64,000 bases of DNA, taken from an uncultured Poribacteria bacterium (GTDB lineage Bacteria > Poribacteria > WGA-4E > WGA-3G). The translations under genes and the position numbers were made by a program. The stretch is taken from NCBI GenBank assembly GCA_958296135.2, contig CATQHZ020000001.1, positions 3,296,001 to 3,360,000 on the forward strand, read 5' to 3'. The notes beneath the pieces were generated by a model. It was not told the origin of the DNA, ran no database searches, and saw nothing but the letters and a program-made list of their open reading frames with translations. Numbering within the stretch: position 1 is the stretch's first letter; every line of letters starts with the position of its first letter. Below, in pieces: positions 1-9,640 of this stretch.

Positions 1-392
1 TGCGGTTTATCCCCCGCTGTCCATTCCACCGAGATAACAACCGTTTCCCCTCTCGGCGGTGTCGGTTCGTCGGTTTCCATGTCGTAGCCGGGTGGAGTGC
101 CGGCTTCAACGCCGAGTGTGCCGAATGCGGCGTGAAGCTCCTGCGCCGTCGCATCCACGACGATAATGCTTTCGTACTCCTTGCCACCGCGCCCACAGAT
201 GAGATATTCTACCGCGCCCCGTAAATGCATATCGTATTCGCCGAGTGCCTTGGAAATTTCTCCCCTTAAGACAACCCGTTTCTCCGCCGCCCTAATTTGG
301 AGATGGGCCTCTGTCCACCCGACGTTCTGCAACGCGATGAGACATAACCCGATGCAGACAATTTTCGCCGCCGTATCAAAGCAAGATTTCAT
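1..392 (-). CDS. YdjY-domain secreted protein (partial, runs off window start)
   Basis: Manual translation from ATG at 392 (AAGGAG RBS): MKSCFDTAAKIVCIGLCLIAL...GAVEYLICGRGGKEYESIIVVDA...; signal-like N-terminus and the E-x-x-x-C-x-x-x-x-K-E-Y-E-S pattern of YdjY-like proteins. Confidence 0.6.
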   Translation of the reverse strand, partial: MKSCFDTAAKIVCIGLCLIALQNVGWTEAHLQIRAAEKRVVLRGEISKALGEYDMHLRGAVEYLICGRGGKEYESIIVVDATAQELHAAFGTLGVEAGTPPGYDMETDEPTPPRGETVVISVEWTAGDKP

Positions 393-413
393 CGGATAAC
401 TCCTTTGCCATTT

Positions 414-1223
414 TCAAAAAGTATAACGCAATCCGTTAAAAATTTCCACATCATATTTTTCAATGCCGGTTGGCGGTTCGCCATCGTACCGGAAATTGAG
501 GCGCAGTGGAAATGCTAGCCGCGTCGTCAAACGGAAGGTGACGTTCCCCTCAAAAAGGAGGCGGTAATCTGCAATCCGCTTGGCATGCACCTGATAATAG
601 CCGGTTGCGCTGGTAGTGATGCGTTCAGCGAGCTGCCCGTTCCAATTGATATAGTTCGTTGCTCGGACAATCCGAGTGTTCATTTCGCCAGCATTCGCTG
701 CGTTAAGCCGCTCGTGCTCCCACATAGCACCGATGCCGAGATAGAGATGCAATCGCGGATTTGAAGGCATCACCGCGAATCGTGCACCACCACCTGCTAA
801 ATTCCGGTCGCTCAGCAGAATAGAGGTGTTGAATTGCTTCTGGACGAAGGCTTCAAGTGAGATGTGCCGCGTTAATCCTCGGATGATTCGTCCATGTATC
901 ATACCTTTGTTCGTGAAAAACGTGCCGCTTTTTCTGCCGAGTTGTAGACTACCGAAAACAAAGCCGTGATACGTCCTTGCCAGATAATCCGAGCGGCATC
1001 GGGCGCGCAGTGTCAGCAACTCCGTATTTCCTGCAAGATAGGTTGAATCAAGCGAGACGCTATTATACCACCCAGGCTCCAACCGCATCTGCTTCATCGT
1101 CTCACCCGTGAAAATGTTCACTTGTGCTGAGGCAGCACCACACAAAGCCAAGCAAAAAGTCACGAGGAAAAGCCGGGCACCTTGCCGTTGGAAATCATGC
1201 ATTGGACATAACCTGCGAATCAA
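414..1223 (-). CDS. DUF481/YdiY-like outer-membrane beta-barrel protein
   Basis: Signal peptide (…GAASAQVN), alternating beta-strand pattern, C-terminal GLRYTF aromatic end; true start probably near 1202. Confidence 0.65.
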   Translation of the reverse strand: MIRRLCPMHDFQRQGARLFLVTFCLALCGAASAQVNIFTGETMKQMRLEPGWYNSVSLDSTYLAGNTELLTLRARCRSDYLARTYHGFVFGSLQLGRKSGTFFTNKGMIHGRIIRGLTRHISLEAFVQKQFNTSILLSDRNLAGGGARFAVMPSNPRLHLYLGIGAMWEHERLNAANAGEMNTRIVRATNYINWNGQLAERITTSATGYYQVHAKRIADYRLLFEGNVTFRLTTRLAFPLRLNFRYDGEPPTGIEKYDVEIFNGLRYTF

Positions 1224-1741
1224 AAGATATTCGTACCACCGAGCGGATGGCTCGGAATATAGCGAAGAGCGCCGTAGGCATCTTGCCGGAGCATCATCGG
1301 AATTATCAACTCGGGCATCTTCAACTCGGCGAGTTTGTCCCGCTGCATCGCTGTTAGTTCCGCTGTTATCTCCTTGACTAATTTCTCAATTTCCCTGAGA
1401 AACAACTCGCGCTGCCGCATGAATTTCCGCGCTTCTTCCCGGAAGGCAGTCAATTCGCGCCGCCTTCCCGGGTCGAAGTAACTGCCAGGATACCGGTCGA
1501 ACTGCTGCTGCCTGATGCCGGACCGGAACACCTGATACTCCGCCTCCAACTGCTTCTTCTCAAAATTGTAGTCCTCAACGATGTCGCTGATGAGTGCCAA
1601 TTTCGGTTGAATTGCCTGCTTCTGGCTTTCAGTGAGTTGCAGTGCAGCGGTGCTTTTGGGGACATCGATCAGCTTGAGTCCGCCGCATGCCGGCAAGAAA
1701 CAGCAGAGGAGTAGGAGCAGGAGTATCTGTCTGTCGCTCAT
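1220..1741 (-). CDS. hypothetical lipoprotein, coiled-coil
   Basis: Hydrophobic signal with lipobox LPAC; RBS AGGAG upstream. Confidence 0.55.
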   Translation of the reverse strand: MSDRQILLLLLLCCFLPACGGLKLIDVPKSTAALQLTESQKQAIQPKLALISDIVEDYNFEKKQLEAEYQVFRSGIRQQQFDRYPGSYFDPGRRRELTAFREEARKFMRQRELFLREIEKLVKEITAELTAMQRDKLAELKMPELIIPMMLRQDAYGALRYIPSHPLGGTNIF

Positions 1742-1844
1742 GACGATTCTCCTTTATGGGCAAGCCCTAACCCGATAAGAGTCCATTAGGCCTGCAAAAT
1801 GTTTAGCAGCATGGCGCGCTGCCAAAGCGCGCCTACCGGGCCTA

Positions 1845-3362
1845 TCAGGCCGCTTTGCCCAAATCATACAACCCTCCATATTTCGTTCGGAGATACGCGA
1901 TATAGGGTTCAATGGACAAAGAAGTTCCTGTCGCGCGTTCAATGAGTTCAGGCGCGGTGTATTTCGACCCGTGTTGGTAGAGGTTCTCCTTCAACCACGT
2001 GTGCAGCGTGCCAAACTCGCCGCGCTCGATCTCCGATGGGATGGCAGGATGCGCGGCAAGCGCGGTCGCGAAAAATTGCGCACCTAAGATATTCCCCAAC
2101 GTGTATCCCTGGAACGAACCGCCGATGAGCCCGAAATACCAATGCACGTCTTGCAAGACACCGTCCTTGTCATCTCGCGGTACAATGCCGAAATCCGTCT
2201 CAAACCGCTCACGCCACGCGTTGGGAAGTTCCCGAATTTCAAGGTTCCCCTCAAGCATCGCTAACTCGAAATCGAAGCGCAACATGACGTGCAGGTTATA
2301 GGTAACCTCGTCCGCGTCGGTGCGGATGAGGGAACGCTCCACCTTGTTAATTGCACGGTAAAACTCGTCCAGCGGGACATCGCTGAGCTGCGCCGGAAAA
2401 ATGCCTTGCAACTTCGGATAAAAGCACTGCCAAAACCCGCGGCTCCGCCCGACAATGTTTTCCCACAATCGCGATTGGCTCTCATGGACACCGGATGACG
2501 TGCCGCCAGCAAGCGGCGTGCCTTCCAACTCCATGCGGATACCCTGTTCATAGAGCGCATGCCCAGTCTCGTGCAAAGTCGTGAACAAGGCATCGCTGAG
2601 GTTATCCTCTCTGGAACGAGTTGTGATACGGACATCCCCAAGGGAGAATTTCGTCATGAAGGGATGATGCGTCTGGTCGCGCCGCCCACGCTGAAGATCA
2701 TAGCCGAACCGCTGCGCGACATCCATGCTAAACTCAAACTGCTGCGCCTCCGGAAAATTCTTGCGCAGACAAGCATCATCGGCTGGCGGTTGTTCGGTAA
2801 TCGCACGGGCAATTGGGACGAGTTCTTCCCGCAAATCAGCAAAAATACGGCTGACATCGGTAGCCTTCATCCCGTAATCGCTTGATTCGATTAGCGGATC
2901 GGCGATGTGTTCATAACCGGGGAAGAAATTGGCGGCTTCGCGACTGTAGTCCAGCGTTTTCTCCAGATAGGGACGCACGCGCTCAAAATCGTTCGCTGGA
3001 CGCGCCTCCGTCCAGACTTGGTAGGAGGCAGAAGTGTGGTTTGTCACCTCTGCCATGAACTCCGATGGGATTTTGGTGGCGCGCTCGTATTCTCGCCGAG
3101 TGACGCGCAGCAAACTCGCCTCATCGGAATCGTAAGCGAGGTTTTCTTCGTACGGCACCAGTGCGTCTAATAATTTCCCGATGCCCAGGGCAGTAAACTT
3201 TTCGTGTGCCAAGCGGCTGAGCGTTGCAGTTTGGCGGGCACGCGCGGCAGCACCGCCAGGCGGCATATAGGTGGACTGATCCCAATAAAGCAACCCCGCT
3301 GCTGACGACAGATCATCCACCTCCATCAAACGGGTTTTGAGTTCCTGAAATTTTGCTTCCAT
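1845..3362 (-). CDS. carboxypeptidase, peptidase family M32
   Basis: HETGH zinc motif, HPF, HESQS, IRTDADE and GVLQDVHW motifs of M32. Confidence 0.95.
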   Translation of the reverse strand: MEAKFQELKTRLMEVDDLSSAAGLLYWDQSTYMPPGGAAARARQTATLSRLAHEKFTALGIGKLLDALVPYEENLAYDSDEASLLRVTRREYERATKIPSEFMAEVTNHTSASYQVWTEARPANDFERVRPYLEKTLDYSREAANFFPGYEHIADPLIESSDYGMKATDVSRIFADLREELVPIARAITEQPPADDACLRKNFPEAQQFEFSMDVAQRFGYDLQRGRRDQTHHPFMTKFSLGDVRITTRSREDNLSDALFTTLHETGHALYEQGIRMELEGTPLAGGTSSGVHESQSRLWENIVGRSRGFWQCFYPKLQGIFPAQLSDVPLDEFYRAINKVERSLIRTDADEVTYNLHVMLRFDFELAMLEGNLEIRELPNAWRERFETDFGIVPRDDKDGVLQDVHWYFGLIGGSFQGYTLGNILGAQFFATALAAHPAIPSEIERGEFGTLHTWLKENLYQHGSKYTAPELIERATGTSLSIEPYIAYLRTKYGGLYDLGKAA

Positions 3363-3498
3363 AGTTGTTCCTCTTCTTGCATAGCTTTCTATAATTTTAC
3401 CATAGTTCGTTGTTCAAATCAAGGAAAATCTGTCTGCAGATATCAGGCGGATATAGAAATCCACCCTGACAATCAGGAACGAGAAAAAAGATGCAAAT

Positions 3499-3566
3499 TT
3501 GTCACATTTATGCCACAGAAAAGCGAAAAAGATGTTATATTATATTGAACCACTGTATGCTATAAT
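3499..3566 (+). promoter_or_regulatory. Pho-box-like direct repeat and extended -10 promoter of the pst operon
   Basis: TGTCACA (3500) and TGCCACA (3511) at 11 bp spacing; TG-n-TATAAT at 3558-3566 upstream of pstS. Confidence 0.55.
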
Positions 3567-3596
3567 TCCCAGAATTCAGCCAGAGAGGCAAACAGC

Positions 3597-4508
3597 GTGC
3601 TAAAAACGTTTTTAAACCTCATTCTCCTGTCAGCGTGCTGCATCGGATTTGGCGGATGCGCGCCGAACGGAGAAATGACGGCCACCGCACAAAAGAGCAA
3701 GCAGGCTATCATAAAAAATAAAGGTTCCGACACTATGGTAAATCTGGCGCAGGCATGGGCAGAGGCCTACACCGATGTCAGCCCTACCGCGTCCGTGGAG
3801 GTATCGGGCGGAGGCTCTGGCACCGGTGTCGCGGCACTTATCAACGGCACCGTCGATATTGCCAACTGCAGCCGGCAGATAAAACCGATGGAACTGGCGC
3901 AAGCAACCGAAAATACCGGCAAAGTCCCACAAGAGTTTATCGTCGGGTATGATGCACTCGCCGTTTACGTGCATCAGGACAACCCGTTGGACCGGATTAG
4001 CATTCGCGAACTCGCCGAAATTTACGGGGAGCGCGGAACGCTAACCAAGTGGAGTCAACTCGGCATTGCGCATGAAGACTGCCCAAGTGATAAGATTATC
4101 CGCATCAGCCGGCAGTCAAACTCAGGCACCTACTTCTATTTCCGGGAGGCGTTGCTTGGCAAGACGCGCGACTTCGCCCTCGGTTCACTAGATTTACACG
4201 GGTCCAAGGATGTTGTCGAAGTGGTGGAGCGCACCCCATGTGCTATCGGATACAGCGGCATGGGATACGCCACCGAGCACGTCAAAATGCTGGATGTCGC
4301 CATCGAATCCGGCGCGCCCTACTATGCACCGAACCTCCAAAACGTGCTGGACAAAACGTATCCTATTGCGCGGCCGTTGTATATGTATTCCCTCGGAGAA
4401 CCGACCGGGGAGGTGAAAAACTATCTGGATTGGATCTTCTCGCGAGAGGGACAAAGCATTGTCGAGAAACTCGGCTTTGTGCCGCTCGAAAACGAGGGTA
4501 GTCCGTGA
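3597..4508 (+). CDS. pstS: phosphate ABC transporter substrate-binding lipoprotein
   Basis: KGSDT, GGGSGTG, SRQSNSGT and YPIARPLY motifs; lipoprotein signal. Confidence 0.95.
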   Translation: MLKTFLNLILLSACCIGFGGCAPNGEMTATAQKSKQAIIKNKGSDTMVNLAQAWAEAYTDVSPTASVEVSGGGSGTGVAALINGTVDIANCSRQIKPMELAQATENTGKVPQEFIVGYDALAVYVHQDNPLDRISIRELAEIYGERGTLTKWSQLGIAHEDCPSDKIIRISRQSNSGTYFYFREALLGKTRDFALGSLDLHGSKDVVEVVERTPCAIGYSGMGYATEHVKMLDVAIESGAPYYAPNLQNVLDKTYPIARPLYMYSLGEPTGEVKNYLDWIFSREGQSIVEKLGFVPLENEGSP

Positions 4509-5410
4509 AGATTCTAGGAAAAAACAGAGGGACGAATGTCCCACTTTCTGAAACCGTTATAGAATTATTCATCCGCTTGTGCGGCATCAGCTCAATCCTC
4601 TTCGTGTTCGGTATTTTCTTCTTCGTGTTTCGGGAGGGAGCCGATTTCCTTTTCGGCGGGTTGGACCTGGGGCAGTTCCTGACGAGCCCGGAATGGTATC
4701 CTACCTCACTGGGCAACAAAAGGTACGGCACACTCGCCTTGATTCTCGGCACATTTAGCGTCACTGCCTTGGCCATGCTGCTCGCTGTCCCGTTCGGACT
4801 TGGCGCGGCCATCTTCGTGTCCGAATTCTGTAGCCCGAAACTGCGAGAGACGTTCAAAATTATCATCGAATTGCTCGCCGCTATCCCATCTGTCGTCTGG
4901 GGATTCATCGGCTTGACGTTGATGAATCAGTTAATTATCAAACTATTTAACGCCCCGATCGGGTTGACAATGCTGAACGGCAGCATCATGCTGGCGTTGA
5001 TGAGTGTCCCCATCATCGTCTCTATTGCGGAGGATGCACTGAAAGCGGTACCGGACTCCTACCGCGAAGCAGCGGAGGCACTCGGCGCGACGCGCTGGCA
5101 ACTGATTTATCGCGTGCTGTTACCGGCGGCGAAAAATGGATTATTGGCGGCGGTGCTACTCGGCGCAGCGCGCTCCATCGGCGAAACGATGGCGGTGCTG
5201 ATGGCGACAGGGCACTCGGTGAACATTCCGGAAGGACCGCTCTCTTGGATCCGCACCCTCACGGCGACAATCGCGGCGGAATTGGGGGAAGTTGCAAGAG
5301 GCGGCGAGCATTATCAGGTGCTTTTTATCATTGGCATCCTGCTTTTTACGATTACGTTTGCGGTGAATCTCATCGCCGATTTGGTTATCAAGGGGATTCG
5401 TAAGGCATAA
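4505..5410 (+). CDS. pstC: phosphate ABC transporter permease
   Basis: IELLAAIPSVVWG, EAA loop, GETMAVLM. Confidence 0.93.
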   Translation: MKILGKNRGTNVPLSETVIELFIRLCGISSILFVFGIFFFVFREGADFLFGGLDLGQFLTSPEWYPTSLGNKRYGTLALILGTFSVTALAMLLAVPFGLGAAIFVSEFCSPKLRETFKIIIELLAAIPSVVWGFIGLTLMNQLIIKLFNAPIGLTMLNGSIMLALMSVPIIVSIAEDALKAVPDSYREAAEALGATRWQLIYRVLLPAAKNGLLAAVLLGAARSIGETMAVLMATGHSVNIPEGPLSWIRTLTATIAAELGEVARGGEHYQVLFIIGILLFTITFAVNLIADLVIKGIRKA

Positions 5411-6394
5411 ATGGGAAAACCGGATACCGTTCAATATCCATCCGCAATGAAAAATATGAACAACACTACACACGCAACAACGGGAGGCACAAGGGACAAC
5501 AGCAGCACTTTATTTACGGAAACCGCCATCGGCAGACGGAAGCGGTGGACAGAAAACGGCGTGAGGATTTTCTTCTTCCTGATGTGCTGTCTCATGATTC
5601 TGCCCCTGCTTTTAATTATCGGGTATCTTTTATATAAGGCACTGCCGGTACTCTCCTTTGAATTTCTGTTTACGAATCCGAAGGACAACATGCGAGCAGG
5701 CGGGCTTTGGGCCCCCTTCCTCGGCACCATCTATCTCGTCGTAGTCTCGCTGCTGGTTTCCGCGCCGATTGGCGTATTCGCTGCAGTTTATCTCAACGAA
5801 TACGCCAGAGACAATTGGTTTACGCGCATCGTCAACCTCGCCGTCGTGAATCTCGCGGGGGTGCCGAGCATCGTGCATGCGCTATTCGGTGTCGGCGCGT
5901 TTGTGCTGTTCGCCGGGTTAGGGGAATCGGTGCTGGCGGCATCGCTGACGCTGGCAATTATGACATTACCGGTTATCATCGCCAGCACAAAAGAGGCACT
6001 CAACGCCGTGCCGATGTCGTTCCGGGAAGCGTGTTGGAATCTCGGCGCAACGCGATGGCAAACGATTCGCCGCATCGTCCTACCGAACGCCATCAGCGGC
6101 ATTTTGACCGGGGTTATTTTACAGGTGTCGCGAGCAGCGGGGGAAACCGCACCAATTATGTTCACCGGGGCCGTTTTTTACAAAACTATTGCAGAAGGAG
6201 ACGTTTTCGCGTATAATATCACCGACCAGTGTATGGCGTTGTCGCTTCATCTTTTTACCATTTCGACGCAGGTGCCGGACGTAACGGAGGGTATCCCTTA
6301 CGGCACGGCGATTGTGTTGGTGGGCAGCGTGCTCCTCGTCAATGCAGCTGCAATCGCCTTAAGGGTCTACCTCCGAACGCGAAAGAAGTGGTAG
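5411..6394 (+). CDS. pstA: phosphate ABC transporter permease (start may be 5447 or 5456)
   Basis: NLAGVPSIVHALFG and RAAGETAPI motifs. Confidence 0.93.
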   Translation: MGKPDTVQYPSAMKNMNNTTHATTGGTRDNSSTLFTETAIGRRKRWTENGVRIFFFLMCCLMILPLLLIIGYLLYKALPVLSFEFLFTNPKDNMRAGGLWAPFLGTIYLVVVSLLVSAPIGVFAAVYLNEYARDNWFTRIVNLAVVNLAGVPSIVHALFGVGAFVLFAGLGESVLAASLTLAIMTLPVIIASTKEALNAVPMSFREACWNLGATRWQTIRRIVLPNAISGILTGVILQVSRAAGETAPIMFTGAVFYKTIAEGDVFAYNITDQCMALSLHLFTISTQVPDVTEGIPYGTAIVLVGSVLLVNAAAIALRVYLRTRKKW

Positions 6395-6444
6395 AATCCG
6401 AAGCGCGATTATCGGTAATTGCGGAATACGCGTGAGACTACCTT

Positions 6445-7185
6445 ATGAGCCAGGGAAAAATGCAAGAAAAAATAAGAGCCATCGTAGAGAGCCGCTGGTT
6501 CAGCATTCTCATCCAGTTGCTGATTCTCGCATCCGCTCTCACCTTTGCATTTGAATCCGGAAAGCAGACCCCGGACTATATTTCCGATCTTTTCCCAATT
6601 ATTGACATGGGGTTCTTGTTTCTATTTGCGGTTGAATACATGCTGCGGATTTGGGCCGCGCCTAAAAAATGGCAGTTCATTTTCAGTTTCTTCGGCATCG
6701 TCGATCTGCTCTCCATTTTACCGGCGATGCTCTTCCTCTTACCCCAATTCCGAATGCTCCGCATCTTGAGATTCCTGCGCATCTTCAGAATCCTCAAAGC
6801 CACCCGGTTCATTCTCGCTGTCGATAGGTTGACAACGGCATTGGATGACGTGAAAAGAGAACTCTTCGCCCTCGTCATTTTGTCGCTGATGCTCGTCTAT
6901 TTGGCGGCGTGCGGCATTCACTACTTTGAAAAAGAGACGCAACCAGAGGCGTTCGGTTCGATTTTTGGTTCAATGTGGTGGGCCATCGTCACACTCACCA
7001 CCGTCGGATACGGCGATGTGTATCCTACCACGACAGGCGGCAAAATTTTTACGGCACTCGTTACGCTCATCGGTGTCGGGCTCATCGCGATTCCATCGGG
7101 ACTGCTCGCCTCGGTTTTGACAGAAGCACGCTCAGAACGCCGAAAATCAGAAGAGATAGAGACGCATGGAAAAGAAGAAGATTGA
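6445..7185 (+). CDS. 6-TM voltage-gated-type potassium channel / ion transporter
   Basis: S4-like RMLRILRFLRIFRILK; selectivity filter TLTTVGYGD. Confidence 0.9.
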   Translation: MSQGKMQEKIRAIVESRWFSILIQLLILASALTFAFESGKQTPDYISDLFPIIDMGFLFLFAVEYMLRIWAAPKKWQFIFSFFGIVDLLSILPAMLFLLPQFRMLRILRFLRIFRILKATRFILAVDRLTTALDDVKRELFALVILSLMLVYLAACGIHYFEKETQPEAFGSIFGSMWWAIVTLTTVGYGDVYPTTTGGKIFTALVTLIGVGLIAIPSGLLASVLTEARSERRKSEEIETHGKEED

Positions 7186-7924
7186 AGTATCGGAACTTAG
7201 GGTGCGCTACGGCAATAAACCTGCCTTGAACGGCGTTTCTTTTGATGTCTACGAAAACGAAATCCTCGGCATCATCGGACCGGCGCAATCCGGCAAAACG
7301 ACGCTGTTGAAGGTTATCAACAGAACGCTGGAGCTCACGCGGGGGACAACCGTTGAAGGCACAGTGAAACTCGATGGCGAGGATGTCCACACTATCACGG
7401 ATGTCTACGGCTTGCGGCGGCGCATCGGCATGGTGTTGCCGTTGCCAGTAGGGTTGCCGCTCTCCATCTACGACAACGTCGCCTTTGCACCGCGCACCGC
7501 CGGGCCCCGCAAGAAATCCGAATTGGATAACATCGTCGAACGGTGCCTAAAGCAAGCCGCCCTCTGGGACGAAGTGAAAGACCGGCTGGATAGCCTCGGC
7601 ACAAAACTGTCCGGTGGACAGCAACAGCGGTTAACCATCGCCCGCGCGCTCTCACATCAACCAGAAATTCTGTGCCTTGACGAATTCTCTATTGCCGTAG
7701 ACCCGGTTACGACGATGCGCATTGAGGAGGTGCTGAAAACGCTCCGCACCGAAATGACAATCCTGCTCGTCACCAATTTAGTGCAGCAGGCAAAACGGCT
7801 GGCGAATCGGACTGCGTTTTTTCTCAACGGTGCTCTAGTGGAAATTGACGCAACGGATGTGATTTTCTCCGATAACCCGGCGAATCAGTCCACCTACGAC
7901 TACGTCAACGGAAACTTCGGGTAA
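7166..7924 (+). CDS. pstB: phosphate ABC transporter ATPase, copy 1 (H-switch His replaced by Asn)
   Basis: GPAQSGKTT, LSGGQQQR, LCLDE; LVTN at the H-loop; C-terminal DYVNGNFG. Confidence 0.85.
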   Translation: MEKKKIEVSELRVRYGNKPALNGVSFDVYENEILGIIGPAQSGKTTLLKVINRTLELTRGTTVEGTVKLDGEDVHTITDVYGLRRRIGMVLPLPVGLPLSIYDNVAFAPRTAGPRKKSELDNIVERCLKQAALWDEVKDRLDSLGTKLSGGQQQRLTIARALSHQPEILCLDEFSIAVDPVTTMRIEEVLKTLRTEMTILLVTNLVQQAKRLANRTAFFLNGALVEIDATDVIFSDNPANQSTYDYVNGNFG

Positions 7925-7941
7925 TTCTGCCCAGTATCGAA

Positions 7942-8030
7942 AACGTAGGCATCAACAACGTTGATGACGGATTACGTAAAAAAGTCATTGCACCAATCAT
8001 GATAAGCGAACGCATTGCGAATAACAAAAA
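7942..8030 (+). repeat. family A ~90 bp palindromic element; overlaps the start of pstB copy 2
   Basis: ACGTAGG-CATCAAC-AAC-GTTGATG-ACGGATTACG…TGCACCAA…CGAACGCATTGCGAATAACAAAAA. Confidence 0.85.
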
Positions 8031-8787
8031 TAGCATTGAGGCAGAAAACCTCAGCCTTTGGTACGGCGATTTTCAGGCACTCATCGATGTCAGCCTAAAG
8101 ATACCGGTCGGACAAATCACCGCGCTTATTGGCCCCTCCGGATGCGGGAAGACGACGCTGCTGCGCTGTTTCAATCGCGTGAATGAACGCTACGGCAACG
8201 TCACCACAACGGGTGAGATTAAAGTGTTGGGGAAAAATATCTATGACGCGGATGTCTCCTTGCCGGAACTTCGCAAAACGGTAGGCATGGTATTCCAGCG
8301 GCCCAACCCGTTGCCGATTTCGATTTATGAGAACATCTTGTTCGGGCTGCGCATCCACTCTCCATTGCGGAGCCTGTCGCGAAGCGATGCGGACGCGATT
8401 GTCGAAGAGGCACTCAGGGCCGTCTTTCTGTGGGATGACCTGAAGGATAAGTTGAAGGCGCGCGCAACGTCGCTACAACTGGAGCAGCAACAGAAACTCT
8501 GCATCGCGCGGTTGTTGCCTCTCAAACCGAAGATTATCTTGATGGACGAACCGTGCTCTGCGCTTGATGCAAAAGGCACACTCGCCGTGGAAGAATTGAT
8601 GTCGGTGCTGTCCGGCGCGTATACCTTCCTCATCGTAACGCATAACATGGCACAGGCGCGCCGTGTCAGCGACGAGTGCATCTTCATGTTCCTTGGAGAA
8701 CTGATTGAACATCGAGAAACGCAGGCTTTGTTTCAAACGCCGGAAAACCCGAAAACCGCGGACTATGTGCAAATGCGCTACGGTTAA
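7999..8787 (+). CDS. pstB: phosphate ABC transporter ATPase, copy 2 (degenerate signature)
   Basis: GPSGCGKTT, GMVFQRPNP, ILMDEP, IVTHNMAQA; signature reads LQLEQQQ. Confidence 0.88.
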   Translation: MISERIANNKNSIEAENLSLWYGDFQALIDVSLKIPVGQITALIGPSGCGKTTLLRCFNRVNERYGNVTTTGEIKVLGKNIYDADVSLPELRKTVGMVFQRPNPLPISIYENILFGLRIHSPLRSLSRSDADAIVEEALRAVFLWDDLKDKLKARATSLQLEQQQKLCIARLLPLKPKIILMDEPCSALDAKGTLAVEELMSVLSGAYTFLIVTHNMAQARRVSDECIFMFLGELIEHRETQALFQTPENPKTADYVQMRYG

Positions 8788-8796
8788 TGTGTACTT

Positions 8797-8870
8797 CCTA
8801 GCGGTGGTTTGGCTGCCCTTGTGCAGAGCCGGTTGACTTAGCAGGCCATTTTGACATCGTCAAAACTTGC
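8797..8870 (+). repeat. family B repeat (CTAG…ACTTAGCAGGCC…TTGAC-nnn-GTCAA-nACTTGCA)
   Basis: Related copies at ~31885-31925, ~35862-35902, ~37850-37928 (reverse), ~57194-57225, ~59694-59737 (reverse), ~33430-33460. Confidence 0.7.
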
Positions 8871-9017
8871 ATCTTTTCGCTAACGTTCAAAAAGAGCAAC
8901 TCAGATTTGCGTAAACCTCAGTAGAACTGACGCAGAAACGAACCCAGTAGGCGCGCTTGGAAACAGCACCTACCGTTGGAGAAGAATGCATTGGCGTAAG
9001 GCCTGCTCAGAAGAAAA

Positions 9018-9617
9018 ATGCAAGTATCAAACACCCTTTCCGGACCGCAAGGAAATCTCTATCTGATGCTACCTGTCGTCTTGCTCTCACTTTTTATCGG
9101 GGTGATATGCGGCATTTACATAGCCGAATGGCTTCCGAAAACCTATTGGCTTCGCCGCGTGATTGAGGGCAAAGTGGCCATCTTCGCCGGCATCCCTTCG
9201 CTTTTATACGGGCTGTTGGGCTTAGAGTTCTTCATCTTTCGGGATGTCGGGTTTAGGGTGCAGGCGTTAGTGTTCGTACTACTCGTGATGCCTATCGCAA
9301 TTCAGGCCACGCAGCGGGCGGTGCAGCGCGTTGACTTACCTCTCCGGGAGGCGGCGTATGCCCTCGGCACGAATAGATGGCGCGTACTGGCAGACCACGT
9401 CTTTCCACTCGCTTTGACGACTATCCTCGCAGGGAGCTGCAGGGCCCTGTCCCGCGCGCTCGCTGTGGCAGGACTGCTCATTATCGTGCATACAGTCTTG
9501 CACAGAGCCACCTCCGGTGAGGGAACAATAGGCGAAATTGGACTGGTTTTAAGCAGCGCGGTGGGTTTAAGTGTCCTCGGCAGCACGCTGGAACGGCACT
9601 CACCGCTCAATCTCTAA
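9018..9617 (+). CDS. short, divergent PstA/PstC-like permease
   Basis: FAGIPSLLYGLLG and LREAAYALG motifs; lacks the N-terminal part of normal PstA. Confidence 0.7.
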   Translation: MQVSNTLSGPQGNLYLMLPVVLLSLFIGVICGIYIAEWLPKTYWLRRVIEGKVAIFAGIPSLLYGLLGLEFFIFRDVGFRVQALVFVLLVMPIAIQATQRAVQRVDLPLREAAYALGTNRWRVLADHVFPLALTTILAGSCRALSRALAVAGLLIIVHTVLHRATSGEGTIGEIGLVLSSAVGLSVLGSTLERHSPLNL

Positions 9618-9640
9618 AAAGGCCCGTAGGGATACCAAAA

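Noticed and set aside
8830-8870. IscB/IS200-IS605 end or omegaRNA (GTCAACC / CTACGTT-like motifs)
   Set aside because: Only short motif resemblance, and no IscB, TnpB or TnpA gene is present in the window.
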